Shown: positions 38,481-48,239, counted from the first letter of the stretch. The stretch: 64,000 bases of DNA from Polyangiaceae bacterium (GCA_050287085.1 JBNKBE010000012.1:96001-160000); one strand, 5' to 3'. The notes: generated by a model not told the origin, from the sequence alone. Numbers and translations: made by a program.

Positions 38481-40445
38481 ATGTGTGGAATTACAGGTTT
38501 CTGGCAGGTAGGTGGCCTCGGGGCAAACGATCACGAGAACCTGACGCGTATGCTCGCTACACTGCACCATCGCGGTCCCGACGGCAGCGGGCGCTATCAC
38601 GATGACGCGCTAGGCCTCGCCATTGGACACACTCGCCTCACCATCATCGATTTGCACACCGGCAAGCAGCCATTGATCGCTCCGGATCGCGCCCAGGTGT
38701 TCTCAGCCAACGGCGAATTCTACAACTACAAGGAAATGCGAGCGGAGTTCGCTCGCAGCGGCGTGGACTTCGAAACCAAGAGCGACAGCGAGGTCGCTCT
38801 CTATGCGTATCGGCGCTACGGCGACGCGTTCTTCGAACACCTTCGTGGCGAGTTCGCAATCGCGCTATTCGACTACCAGAAGCAAGAACTGCTGCTGGTC
38901 AGAGACCGCTTTGGTGTCAAACCACTCTACTACCATGCGACGGACGAGCGTTTGGTCTGGGGGTCCGAGGTAAAAGCCATTCTCGCTAACGACAAGGTGC
39001 CCAGAAGTCTCGACTTCAAGTCTGCGCTCAACCAAATGATGCAGACCATGGTGCCCGGCACAACAGCCTTTTCTGGTGTGCGAACACTGCTGCCTGGACA
39101 CTTTCTACGAGTGCGCCGCGAGGGCCACCGACTGGTTGCGCGTGAGCATCGCTACTGGGATATGAACTTCCCTGACGCCGAGGCACACGAGGAAGCACTC
39201 GAACCGCAGGTCTACATCGACCGCACTGCTGAGCAATTGATCGATGCGATTCGAGTACGGCTCGAGGCGGACGTTCCAGTGGGCTGCTACCTGTCGGGTG
39301 GCATCGACAGTTGCTCGATCCTGGGGCTCGCCACGGCGATGCAGCAATCGCCCGTCAAAGCCTTCACGATAAGCTTCGAGCACAAAGCCTACGACGAAAG
39401 CCATATCGCAACCGAGATGGCTCAGAAAGCCAAGGCGCAACAGGAGATTCTACGACTATCGGCAAGAGAGCTCTACGGACCGGCCTACGTTAAGACTCTA
39501 TGGCATGCGGAGCGCACATTCTACAACACGCTGGGAGTTGCCAAATGGCACATGAGTCGGCGCGTTCGAGAATGCGGCTACAAGGTCGTCGTAACCGGTG
39601 AAGGCTCCGACGAGATGTTTGCTGGCTACCCCTTCTTCAAGCGCGACTACTTCGCTCACGCGCCAGAGGCGAAGGGGGATGCCGCGGAGCTGGCACGGCG
39701 TATGGACGCCAGCAATACCCTCTTCAAGGGTGCGATCCTTGCTGAGGAAGCGACTCACCACGATGCTGCCGCGGATGTCATGGGGTTTACCCCTTCGTGG
39801 ATTCAACCGTGGATCCTTACGCTGGCAGCAGCGCGACCGCTGCTTTCAAAGACAGCCACTGAAGCCCTCGCAGAGTACGATCCAGTCGCGGCCGTGTTCG
39901 AAACGCTCGACCCCGAACAGTTGCGAGGACGCCATCCGCTGGACAAGGTTCAGTATAGCTGGATCAAGACGATGCTCGAAGGCCAGATCCTCACCTGGGG
40001 GGGTGATCGAGTCGATATGGCCAACTCGATGGAATCACGTCCAGCATTTCTCGATCATCACCTCGCGGAGATGGCACGCAACATTCCACCGAAATACAGA
40101 ATCCGGGGTGGCGTCGAAAAGTGGGTCTTGCGCGAAGCTATGCGTGGCGTGTTGCCCGAGGTGCTCTACAAGCGAGAGAAGTTCGCCTTCATGGCTCCGC
40201 CCGCACATACCGAGAAGCGGCAAAACAGTGTCTTGGACGACCTTATCGAAGAACGTCTCTCACACGCCGCAATCGAGTCCCTGGGCTTCTTCGACGCGAG
40301 CGCAATCGATGCGTTTCTTGCAGCCCGCAAGCAGGAGACTGACCCGGCACGGCAGACTCGCAACGATATTCTACTCAACCATACATTGGGCCTTCAGGTG
40401 CTGCATCAAGAATTTGTGGAGGCCCCGCGAGGCGCCGTGCTGTAG
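38481..40445 (+). CDS. Asparagine-synthetase-like glutamine amidotransferase (AsnB/AsnO/LtsA family)
   Basis: N-terminal MCGI (Ntn Cys), HRGPD, HTRL, NGEFYN, RDRFGVKPLYY, LSGGIDS, GEGSDE and DRVDMANSMESR motifs. Confidence 0.95.
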   Translation: MCGITGFWQVGGLGANDHENLTRMLATLHHRGPDGSGRYHDDALGLAIGHTRLTIIDLHTGKQPLIAPDRAQVFSANGEFYNYKEMRAEFARSGVDFETKSDSEVALYAYRRYGDAFFEHLRGEFAIALFDYQKQELLLVRDRFGVKPLYYHATDERLVWGSEVKAILANDKVPRSLDFKSALNQMMQTMVPGTTAFSGVRTLLPGHFLRVRREGHRLVAREHRYWDMNFPDAEAHEEALEPQVYIDRTAEQLIDAIRVRLEADVPVGCYLSGGIDSCSILGLATAMQQSPVKAFTISFEHKAYDESHIATEMAQKAKAQQEILRLSARELYGPAYVKTLWHAERTFYNTLGVAKWHMSRRVRECGYKVVVTGEGSDEMFAGYPFFKRDYFAHAPEAKGDAAELARRMDASNTLFKGAILAEEATHHDAAADVMGFTPSWIQPWILTLAAARPLLSKTATEALAEYDPVAAVFETLDPEQLRGRHPLDKVQYSWIKTMLEGQILTWGGDRVDMANSMESRPAFLDHHLAEMARNIPPKYRIRGGVEKWVLREAMRGVLPEVLYKREKFAFMAPPAHTEKRQNSVLDDLIEERLSHAAIESLGFFDASAIDAFLAARKQETDPARQTRNDILLNHTLGLQVLHQEFVEAPRGAVL

Positions 40446-40556
40446 TCAGCATAGAGCAGCGCCAGACAGACGCGGTCCCGAGCGCGCTCCTTTCGCGTCA
40501 ACGCGAGCCGCAACGTGATGCCGCGGCGTTTTTGAGATCGATTCCAAGACGAGACA

Positions 40557-41792
40557 ATGCTGAGCATAAACATGAAGCGACTGCAGCGAGATCTCGAGGA
40601 GCTCGCTGAAATTGGCCGCCGCGGAGACACAGGCATCTACCGCATTGCGTTGAGCGACGAGGACATGCAGGCGCGTCAGTGGCTGCAAGACAGGTTGTCG
40701 GACGCAGGCCTCCACTGGGAAGTCGACCCAGCGGCGAATATCTGCGGCAAACTCAATTGCGTGCCAGGAGAGCCCAACGTCTTGACGGGCTCGCATCTCG
40801 ACACCGTACCGAGCGCCGGACATTTGGACGGAGCCTTGGGCGTCGTTGCCGGACTTGAATGCTTGCGCACGCTCTCCGAACAAGGCTTTGTTGGCAAGCG
40901 CGGTATCGAAGTCGTCAGCTTCACCGATGAGGAGGGTCGCTTTGGCGGAATGCCAGGCTCGCAGGCGATCGCCGGAAAACTCACTCCCGAATCGGTCTAC
41001 TCAGCAAAAGATCTCAGCGGCGTGAGTCTGGCTGAAGCGCTTGAAGCGCGCGGGTTCATCCCCCTTCACGTGTTGCGCGCAGCGCGAGGGCGCGGCAGCG
41101 TCCATTCCTTCGTGGAGCTCCACATCGAGCAAGGCCCTGTGCTCGACAGTCAGGGGCTAGACATTGGTATCGTCACGGGCATCGTCGGCCTCGTGAAGTG
41201 GAAGGTAACACTGACAGGACAAGCCAACCACGCGGGAACAACGCCTATGGCGCTACGACGTGACGCATTTCAAGGTCTGGCCGAGTTCTCTCTGAGTCTT
41301 GATTCGATTCTGCGGAAACACGGCGATCCGAACAGTGTTGCCACGATTGGCCAAGTTAGCGTCAAACCAGGCGCCCCCAACGTGGTTCCCGCTCGAGCTG
41401 AGTTCTCCCTTGAGATCCGCGACATCAACAGTGAAGCGCTGGAGCGCCTCGCCGCCGCCATACGGCAACATCTCCGCGAAATCGCAGACCGACGCCGGCT
41501 GAGACTCGACTTCGCGGTATTGAGTGAGATCGCGCCTGTGCCCTGTGCCGAATCGGTCATGCAGACAATTGTCAGCGTCGCGCACGAGCTCGGACTGCGC
41601 GGGCAGCGTATGCCGAGCGGGGCCGCCCACGACGCGCAGCAAATGGCTTCACTGGCTCCAACCGGGATGATCTTCATTCCGAGCAAGGACGGGCGCAGTC
41701 ACTCTCCGGCTGAATGGTCAAGCTGGGAATCGATCGAGGCAGGGACCAATGTACTGCTGAATACTTTGGTCAGCCTGGCTGAAGCCCCCTAG
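40557..41792 (+). CDS. M20-family Zn amidohydrolase (N-carbamoyl-L-amino-acid / allantoate amidohydrolase type)
   Basis: GSHLDTVP, DGALGV, DEEG, ELHIEQGP, NHAGTTPM, SGAAHDA and SHSPAE motifs. Confidence 0.94.
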   Translation: MLSINMKRLQRDLEELAEIGRRGDTGIYRIALSDEDMQARQWLQDRLSDAGLHWEVDPAANICGKLNCVPGEPNVLTGSHLDTVPSAGHLDGALGVVAGLECLRTLSEQGFVGKRGIEVVSFTDEEGRFGGMPGSQAIAGKLTPESVYSAKDLSGVSLAEALEARGFIPLHVLRAARGRGSVHSFVELHIEQGPVLDSQGLDIGIVTGIVGLVKWKVTLTGQANHAGTTPMALRRDAFQGLAEFSLSLDSILRKHGDPNSVATIGQVSVKPGAPNVVPARAEFSLEIRDINSEALERLAAAIRQHLREIADRRRLRLDFAVLSEIAPVPCAESVMQTIVSVAHELGLRGQRMPSGAAHDAQQMASLAPTGMIFIPSKDGRSHSPAEWSSWESIEAGTNVLLNTLVSLAEAP

Positions 41793-41922
41793 TGCCCCGA
41801 CACCCAGGACCGTGAGGTCGACGGCCGGCCGCGGCACTCCCCGGCCTGGCTGCCATGGAAGCTGCTATACTCCTCCCCTATCGGGTCGCGCGCCGCAGCC
41901 GGCTGGCACCGACTTTCTCCTC

Positions 41923-42666
41923 ATGACTCAAAAGCAATTCGACAATATAGACCCGCTGCGCGACGCGTATCGGACCCACCTCACAGACGCCCATGAGGTG
42001 GAAATCGCGATTCGACAAGACCACGTCGCCCTGCTCTGTATCGACATGCAGTACTTGGACGCCGCTCGTGGGTGGGGGGTGTTCGCCCCTGGCCCGCAGG
42101 CGGTAGTACCGCCACAGGCCGAAGACTACTACTTCGAACGTCTCGAGAGCCTTGCATTGCGCAACGTGCGGCGATTGCAAGACGCATTCAGACGGCAACG
42201 TCTGGAAGTGATCCACACCCGCATTCGCTCTCTGACGCAGGATGGTCGCGATCGCGGCCCCGGACACAAGCGCCTGGGCCTACATGCCGCTCCAGGGTCA
42301 AAAGAAGCCGAGTTTCTCGAAGAAGTCGCTCCGCGGGGAGATGAAATCGTCCTCAACAAGACGGCCAGCGGAGTCTTCGTATCGACCAATCTGGAATACG
42401 TATTGCGAAATTTAGAAGTCAACGCCCTCTACATCGTTGGGGTCTACACCAACGAGTGTGTCGAAACCACCGCAAGAGACGCCAGCGACCTCGGCTTCTT
42501 CACAACCGTCATCGAAGACGCCTGTGCCACGGTAACACCTGAACTTCACAACTCATCCCTAAACACACTGCGGGATCGCTACGCACGCATCCTGTCCACT
42601 GATGCCGCCATTCGGGAGATCGAAGCGTATCGAGGCCGGGCAAGCGTGGCGCCACCGGGCCTTTGA
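41923..42666 (+). CDS. Isochorismatase-family cysteine hydrolase (amidase)
   Basis: Asp-Lys-Cys triad: LLCIDMQ, LNKTASGVF, GVYTNECVETTARDA; start MTQKQ at 41923. Confidence 0.92.
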   Translation: MTQKQFDNIDPLRDAYRTHLTDAHEVEIAIRQDHVALLCIDMQYLDAARGWGVFAPGPQAVVPPQAEDYYFERLESLALRNVRRLQDAFRRQRLEVIHTRIRSLTQDGRDRGPGHKRLGLHAAPGSKEAEFLEEVAPRGDEIVLNKTASGVFVSTNLEYVLRNLEVNALYIVGVYTNECVETTARDASDLGFFTTVIEDACATVTPELHNSSLNTLRDRYARILSTDAAIREIEAYRGRASVAPPGL

Positions 42667-42727
42667 CTCCGAGCATCGAATTGGGCCAGAAGCGACCCAC
42701 ATACTGACAACGACGCGGCTATCAACA

Positions 42728-42802
42728 GCAGACTTACCAACGGCAGACTTACCAACGGCAGACTTACCAACGGCAGACTTACCAACGGCAGACTTACCAA
42801 CG
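42728..42802. repeat. Intergenic tandem repeat, 5 x GCAGACTTACCAACG
   Basis: Five perfect 15-bp copies with no spacers. Confidence 0.97.
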
Positions 42803-42812
42803 GCACAGTAAG

Positions 42813-44126
42813 GTGATGAGTACCGGGCACGCACTTCGCTTCGCTTCACTGCTCGCGTCGATGACCATCGCATGGCTCATGGTCGCCTGTGAACAACGTT
42901 CAGAGCAACTCGAAGAGCTAGGCATCGACGAGCAAGAAGCGCGGCGGATCCTGGCCGAGATCGCTGCAAGGAGCGCGAGCGCTAGCGCCGCGCTACCGCC
43001 CCCTCCCGCGCCACCGAAAGCGAAGATGGCAGGCAAAGAGGAGGCGCAAGCACCAGAACCGGCCAAGACCAGCAGTCAACGCTGGGTCGTCGATGAGATG
43101 GTGGATATTGCGCCGGCTGCACCCCTTGCCACCCATGCTCGAGGCGTATTCCTCCTGGATGCACAAAACCGACTCTGGCTCGCGAAGTTGGGCTCCTTGC
43201 AACACCGCAAGAAGCCGGGCCCCTCACCCGTAGCGGCCATCCCCGACAACGACGTGCGCTTCGCGCTGGGACGCGGTCCAAGCATTGCTGGCGACTACGC
43301 CTATTGGGTCCGCGAACACTACTTGCTGCGTCGCCCAATCGTTCCCCCTTATGAACCTCTCGAGGTGCTCGCAGACGATGCTCGCGTGGGAACCCGGGCA
43401 AGTGCTCTGAGTGCGTTTCTTGGGGGGAAGAAGAGAAACTGGGTGGTCTACGTCGCGTTCCCGCCGACCCGAGGGGGACCGCTTCGAGCCAAGCTCTGGC
43501 ATGGCAACGATCGACATCTGGTCCTGACGCCAGATGGCAGTTCGACCCTCAACGCGCAGCTTGTCCTTGCTGGCAATGAAGCGCGTGTCTTCTCCCTAGA
43601 AGCTCGCACCGGCATGAGCTCGGTTCACTCACGCAGGGTGGTTGCCACTCATGATCTGCCAGTGCTGGGTGAAGACCAAGTAGTTTGGGTCGGCGGAAGT
43701 GCCAACGGCCTCAGCGAACTCCGTGCGTTTGGATCCAGCAGCCAAGATGTATTCGGACTGCTGCCGATCGAAAAGGACATGGCCCATTTCGGCATGGCTG
43801 TCTTGTCCTTCAACCTGACCGAACCCCCAGCCCCGGCGGAAATCGCATGGGCCGATTTTCAGAACGGTTTGGATCCAGCGCCTGTGGATGCCGCCCGTGT
43901 GTGCGGTACGCAGAGCGCCCTGTACGCTCGTCCGCAGACGGCAGAGCCCCACGGCCCTCAAGAGCTGGTGCTAGCCGAGCTGAAGAATGGAAGACCCGAG
44001 CCCGGAATAGTGCTCGCCCGCTCCAAGGCCTTCTACGACTTGTCGCTGGTATCGCTCAAGGGCGGCGCGCTCTTGGCCTACGTCGCCGACCACCGCTCCT
44101 GGGCTCAGACGGTCCGCTGCAGATAG
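42813..44126 (+). CDS. Hypothetical lipoprotein with beta-rich (propeller-like) body
   Basis: Lipobox LMVAC, Pro/Ala linker, 437-aa ORF. Confidence 0.7.
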   Translation: MMSTGHALRFASLLASMTIAWLMVACEQRSEQLEELGIDEQEARRILAEIAARSASASAALPPPPAPPKAKMAGKEEAQAPEPAKTSSQRWVVDEMVDIAPAAPLATHARGVFLLDAQNRLWLAKLGSLQHRKKPGPSPVAAIPDNDVRFALGRGPSIAGDYAYWVREHYLLRRPIVPPYEPLEVLADDARVGTRASALSAFLGGKKRNWVVYVAFPPTRGGPLRAKLWHGNDRHLVLTPDGSSTLNAQLVLAGNEARVFSLEARTGMSSVHSRRVVATHDLPVLGEDQVVWVGGSANGLSELRAFGSSSQDVFGLLPIEKDMAHFGMAVLSFNLTEPPAPAEIAWADFQNGLDPAPVDAARVCGTQSALYARPQTAEPHGPQELVLAELKNGRPEPGIVLARSKAFYDLSLVSLKGGALLAYVADHRSWAQTVRCR

Positions 44127-44161
44127 CGGAGGAACCCGCCTGAAGCTTCTGCGGTACCGCC

Positions 44162-44503
44162 CTAGCTGGTGGTGACTCGGACTACCTCGCTGCCCAACAG
44201 CGCGAGCGAGGCAATAGCCGTTGCAATCTTCGCTCGTCGCGCCGCGGCGGGCGCTGCACTACTCGCTGCGCCAGGCATGAGCGCCTTGCGCGTCGCAACC
44301 AAGCCAATGACTGCGGCCCCCACTCCGAGGCCGCGCGCAGCCACCGCCACGGAGGGTGCTCCTATGCCCACCATCGACAGAAGTAGCACCGGCGCCCCAA
44401 GGGCCGCCGGAATGAGAGCGGTCTTGCTCGCTCGAGCTGAACCATAATACCCAACTACGCCGATGGCGACGAGCGAGGCTCCGAACAGTGCGGGCGCTAT
44501 CAT
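44162..44503 (-). CDS. Small membrane protein (TMEM14-like)
   Basis: GVVGYY...SKTALIPA motif with 3-4 hydrophobic helices; start MIAPA at 44503 inferred. Confidence 0.65.
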   Translation of the reverse strand: MIAPALFGASLVAIGVVGYYGSARASKTALIPAALGAPVLLLSMVGIGAPSVAVAARGLGVGAAVIGLVATRKALMPGAASSAAPAAARRAKIATAIASLALLGSEVVRVTTS

Positions 44504-44723
44504 TCGCCTCGAATCGCGCCTTTCGGTTGACCCTGTCAAGCTCTTTGCGCCGGGCGGAAGCCTTGATCGGAGGAGCGGGGAGCGAGCTTGCTCGCGCCCC
44601 GCGCTTTGGGGTTCGGCCGGTGGGAGGGGGTTCGGCTTTGGGAGGCCGGTTGCAGCACCGCCGTGCTGATAAGCTTGCGCACGACAGCGAGGGCAACGGT
44701 TCGGTCGGGACCGGGATGCCCTT

Positions 44724-45548
44724 CTACTCCCGGGCAGCGAGAAGCTCCGCGCTTGCGAACTCGTTGTAGCTGTCGAAAATGGGAAAGGTCGTTTCGGTCG
44801 CTCCCAGGAGCGTAGCCAATTCCGACCCGGCATGAGTCTGCAGGTTGGTATTGGCCACGCCGAAATGAATGTTCGGAAAGGTCGAACGCATCTTGACCCG
44901 ACCCTTGGGGCCGTCCTCCCACCACGTGGCCACAAATGATGTCGAAGTCACATCTGGTGCGTTCACTCCAGCCGTCGCAGTATAGGGTGCCCCATTGGGC
45001 TTGAACGCTCGAACGACGAGCTGACTTTCGCCTTGTCCCCAGACGGCCTCGAACTCGAGACGCGGGTCCAGCTTCGCCGTCACACCAAGGCGCCGAAGGC
45101 CTGCCGCGAGGCCCGCATTGTTGGTCGAAAAGTACAGCGCGTAGTTGTTGAGATCGGCGCTTGGGTCCGGACCCGGACCGCCGTCAGCCGAGCTCAGATT
45201 GATCCCCACTTGAGATACGATAGCCGCTCCTGTTGAACGCCCGTCGACCCAAACGTCGTCGCAATTGGCAACCCGAAGCACAAGCAGCGCCACCGCGCCT
45301 CCGCCCGCAACGGTGTACGCCACCGGCACCCGAGCCCCAATCGCAGCGGGCTCCACCGGCGCAATGCTGGCAATCTCCGAACAATCGTTGAACGTCACCT
45401 CCGTTCGGGCCTGTGACAGAGCGGCCCCAAGGTGTCCGAATCCAGGTTCGGTCATCACATCCTCGCCTCCGCAGCCCGACAGCCAAGCCAAGCTACTCAC
45501 GCCGACGGCCATTTTCCAAAGTCGCATCGTTCTCAGCATTCCTTCCAC
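44724..45548 (-). CDS. Hypothetical lipoprotein
   Basis: Lipobox WLSGC; globular beta-rich domain; start uncertain. Confidence 0.7.
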   Translation of the reverse strand: MEGMLRTMRLWKMAVGVSSLAWLSGCGGEDVMTEPGFGHLGAALSQARTEVTFNDCSEIASIAPVEPAAIGARVPVAYTVAGGGAVALLVLRVANCDDVWVDGRSTGAAIVSQVGINLSSADGGPGPDPSADLNNYALYFSTNNAGLAAGLRRLGVTAKLDPRLEFEAVWGQGESQLVVRAFKPNGAPYTATAGVNAPDVTSTSFVATWWEDGPKGRVKMRSTFPNIHFGVANTNLQTHAGSELATLLGATETTFPIFDSYNEFASAELLAARE

Positions 45549-45772
45549 GATTGACGAGGGTTTGCCTCCATGCCGCCGCGCAGTGACACACCGCGCCCCT
45601 CAAGTCCATACAGCACCGGACTCGACTGTCGCCGTCGCACAACGACGCCACGAGGCCCCATAGAGGTAGCGCATGCGGGTAGTGCACGCCACTCACCCAG
45701 CGTGGTAGCATGCACCAAGGTGCGATGAGCCCTCAGGCGTCTGGAAATGGCCGACATCAGGAACATACCAGG

Positions 45773-46171
45773 TCAGAGATCCCCTTCGAAGCTTGCCCAG
45801 GCGGCATGCGATTCATGGAGGGTTACCTTCATCGATACAAGTGCATCGCTACCCGGCCCGAGGCGGCCCCCGGCGATCGCCGCTTGCATGCGGTCGAACA
45901 CCGTGCGCGCCATATATTCCGTCGTGGTGTTTTGTCCGTGCAGCGCTTCAAGGTCGTCCAAGTTCTTGAAGTTGAACTCACCGACAATTGCCTTGAGCGT
46001 TTCCCCGGCGCGGCCAATATCCACGACCACGTTGTTGGGGTCTAGAGTTGCACGCCGGAACTCGACGTCAACCACGTAGGTCGCTCCGTGAAGGGCCTGA
46101 GCCGGGCCAAATAGCTCCCCACGAAAGCTGTGGGCGATCATCATGTGTTCACGAACGCAGACTGTATACAT
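45773..46171 (-). CDS. PTPS/QueD-fold (COG0720) protein, non-QueD subtype (PTPS-IV-like)
   Basis: IAHSF, FGPAQALHGATYVVD, NTTTEYMA and VTLHES motifs; no CxxxHGH. Confidence 0.88.
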   Translation of the reverse strand: MYTVCVREHMMIAHSFRGELFGPAQALHGATYVVDVEFRRATLDPNNVVVDIGRAGETLKAIVGEFNFKNLDDLEALHGQNTTTEYMARTVFDRMQAAIAGGRLGPGSDALVSMKVTLHESHAAWASFEGDL

Positions 46172-46232
46172 TGCTCTTCCTTTTTTGAGACGCCGGAGGC
46201 GCTGCTATTGGGTGCTTTCCCATTGGCGGGTC

Positions 46233-47339
46233 CTAAGCACCAATCGTTTGGAGTACGTCGTAGCGAAACGAGGCGGCAGCCTGGTGCCAAGTAGCTAGCT
46301 TTCGGGCGAATTCGTGAGCGCCGCGAGACAACGCGGCTCGCCGCTCAACGTGGCTAATGCAGTCAAGATGAGCCGACAGTTGCGCCACATCCCCGACGGG
46401 TGCCAACAAACCCGTCACCCCTGCGTCCACGATGTCGACAACCCCCCCCGCGGCATAAGCCACCACGGGCAGCGCTGCGGCGGCAGCCTCAACCAATACA
46501 AGCGGGTAGTTCTCGGTATAGCTCGGGTGTAGCAACACATCCGCTCGCGCCATATGGTCGCGCACCTCCACGGGCGAGCGTTGCCCCACAAAGTGCACAG
46601 CAAGACTGGCGGTATTCGAACGAGCTTTCAACTCCGCGACGAAGCCGGGCTCCAGCTCACAATTGCCAATGACCGTCCAACGTAGCTCACGCCGAGCAAG
46701 GCGTCGCAGCGCCTCCACCGCGTCAAGCAGCCCCTTGTTTCGCGCCACTGCTCCTACCGTGAGAATCTGCAAAGGCCCCGCCACGCGGTCTGCACTAGGC
46801 CTCGCTGGAGACCGCTGCCCCTCGATGCCCGGATAGGCTACGACAAAGCGGGTCTGCGGCAACAGGGAGCTGAGCTCACGCGCTAGATAAGGACCCGGCA
46901 ATACGACCAGGTCTGCTCGGGCCAAGAGCTCCAATTCGCCGGGCTCCGGTGCGAGCAGGAGCTCCGGCCCGGGCTGGGTAACCTGCGCCGCAACCCTGAC
47001 GAAGGAGGGCAGGGCGTGCAACAAGACTCCGAAGTGCACCTGCGCTTGGTGGGCTTGCTCTTGGATGAACTCAAAGGGCCCAGATTCCAGAAAGAGCGAG
47101 TCAACCAACCAGACGTCGCCGCGTCGCGAATTCGTGGCCTGCAGGGTAGACCTCCAGAGCGAACGATCCACGCCCAAGCCAACGCGCTCGACTCCTGATC
47201 CACTGCGAGCGATCTCCCGATTGTAGCGATAGCCGCCACTCAGGTGCCCGGTCGCACTGGGCTCAATCAGGACGATATGCGGTGTGGTTCGGGGGCTGGC
47301 AACTCCACCCGAGAAGGGCTCAACACCACGAGGAGTCAT
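46233..47339 (-). CDS. GT4-family glycosyltransferase
   Basis: SGGYRYN, RNKG and PSYTENYPLVLVEA (E-x7-E) motifs. Confidence 0.9.
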   Translation of the reverse strand: MTPRGVEPFSGGVASPRTTPHIVLIEPSATGHLSGGYRYNREIARSGSGVERVGLGVDRSLWRSTLQATNSRRGDVWLVDSLFLESGPFEFIQEQAHQAQVHFGVLLHALPSFVRVAAQVTQPGPELLLAPEPGELELLARADLVVLPGPYLARELSSLLPQTRFVVAYPGIEGQRSPARPSADRVAGPLQILTVGAVARNKGLLDAVEALRRLARRELRWTVIGNCELEPGFVAELKARSNTASLAVHFVGQRSPVEVRDHMARADVLLHPSYTENYPLVLVEAAAAALPVVAYAAGGVVDIVDAGVTGLLAPVGDVAQLSAHLDCISHVERRAALSRGAHEFARKLATWHQAAASFRYDVLQTIGA

Positions 47340-47342
47340 CCC

Positions 47343-48239
47343 TCAGCGAGTACCCGGCCCGCGGCCAAATACGTCCAGTTGGTGGGCGATGTAGTGCAGT
47401 CTGCCAGCGGCAATCTGCTCGTGCCGAAGCCCCGCCCAGGCACGTAGTTCGTCCGCGTCAAGCGCGCCAGACCCCGTCAACGCTACCTCGATAGTGTTGA
47501 CGATGTGATGCAGGAAATACGCTTCGTCCGCTGGATAGCTTTGGCTCTGTGGGAAGACAACCCAGTCCGAGCTCGCCGCTTCGAGGAGGCGAGCCCCACT
47601 CTCGGGGAGTGCCTCAAGCAGATGTCGACCCGTTTTGCTGTCACCCGCGGGTAGTCCGTTCGTGATGCGCTCGTCCATGGTCTTGTGGAACTGAGCCATT
47701 ACCCGACCGTCCAACGGCTCTTCGGGTAGCAATATGGTCTCCCCGTCAAAGTTGATGGTGAACCAATAGGGAGCATCCGGCACCACTCCCCGCCAGATTG
47801 CAGACAAGGCGGGCCGCAAGTCCATCAAGTCTAGAACGGCGTTGGCGGATACCGCGTCGTAGCGTTCCGCCTGCGACCGCATCGAGCAAAAACGCAAGGC
47901 GTCCTCATGCACAAAACGCAACTCGAAGTCGAAGTCCTGACCCCTTAGCTTCAACGGGCTCGCCAGCTCGCCGCCATCCGCAGCGCCGGCCCACTCGACC
48001 AAGTGTGCTCGCGCCGCAGACAGGCTCGCGAGATCGCGATCGACAAGCGTGTAGCGCGCACGACGCAAATAGCCCCAGTCGGCCAAGCGCGAGACCATTG
48101 TCCCGACTCCGGCGCCGATCTCCACGATATTGGGACACTCGGGCAGAGCGGCGACAAACCCCTCGAGCACGCGCCGATGAATCGCACGGTCGTCGACGGT
48201 TTTCTTCGAATGGAGGTAGCGGACGTCGGAGAACTGCAC
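47343..48239 (-). CDS. Class I SAM-dependent methyltransferase-like protein
   Basis: YLHSKKTVDDRA, VEIGAGVG (motif I), LVD and ANAVLDL motifs. Confidence 0.85.
   Translation of the reverse strand: MQFSDVRYLHSKKTVDDRAIHRRVLEGFVAALPECPNIVEIGAGVGTMVSRLADWGYLRRARYTLVDRDLASLSAARAHLVEWAGAADGGELASPLKLRGQDFDFELRFVHEDALRFCSMRSQAERYDAVSANAVLDLMDLRPALSAIWRGVVPDAPYWFTINFDGETILLPEEPLDGRVMAQFHKTMDERITNGLPAGDSKTGRHLLEALPESGARLLEAASSDWVVFPQSQSYPADEAYFLHHIVNTIEVALTGSGALDADELRAWAGLRHEQIAAGRLHYIAHQLDVFGRGPGTR

Noticed and set aside
37297..40445. Calling these genes pyrB and asnB
   Set aside because: The aspartate-specificity motif is missing and the context is not pyrimidine or asparagine synthesis, so the symbols were withheld.
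39598..40518. Long overlapping alternative-frame ORFs (this one, also 50107-51093, 57354-58262, 61415-62365)
   Set aside because: Arg/Ser/Pro-rich shadow ORFs typical of high-GC DNA, overlapping well-supported genes.
42728..42802. Possible CRISPR array
   Set aside because: The units are contiguous 15-mers with no spacers and no cas genes; it is a simple tandem repeat.
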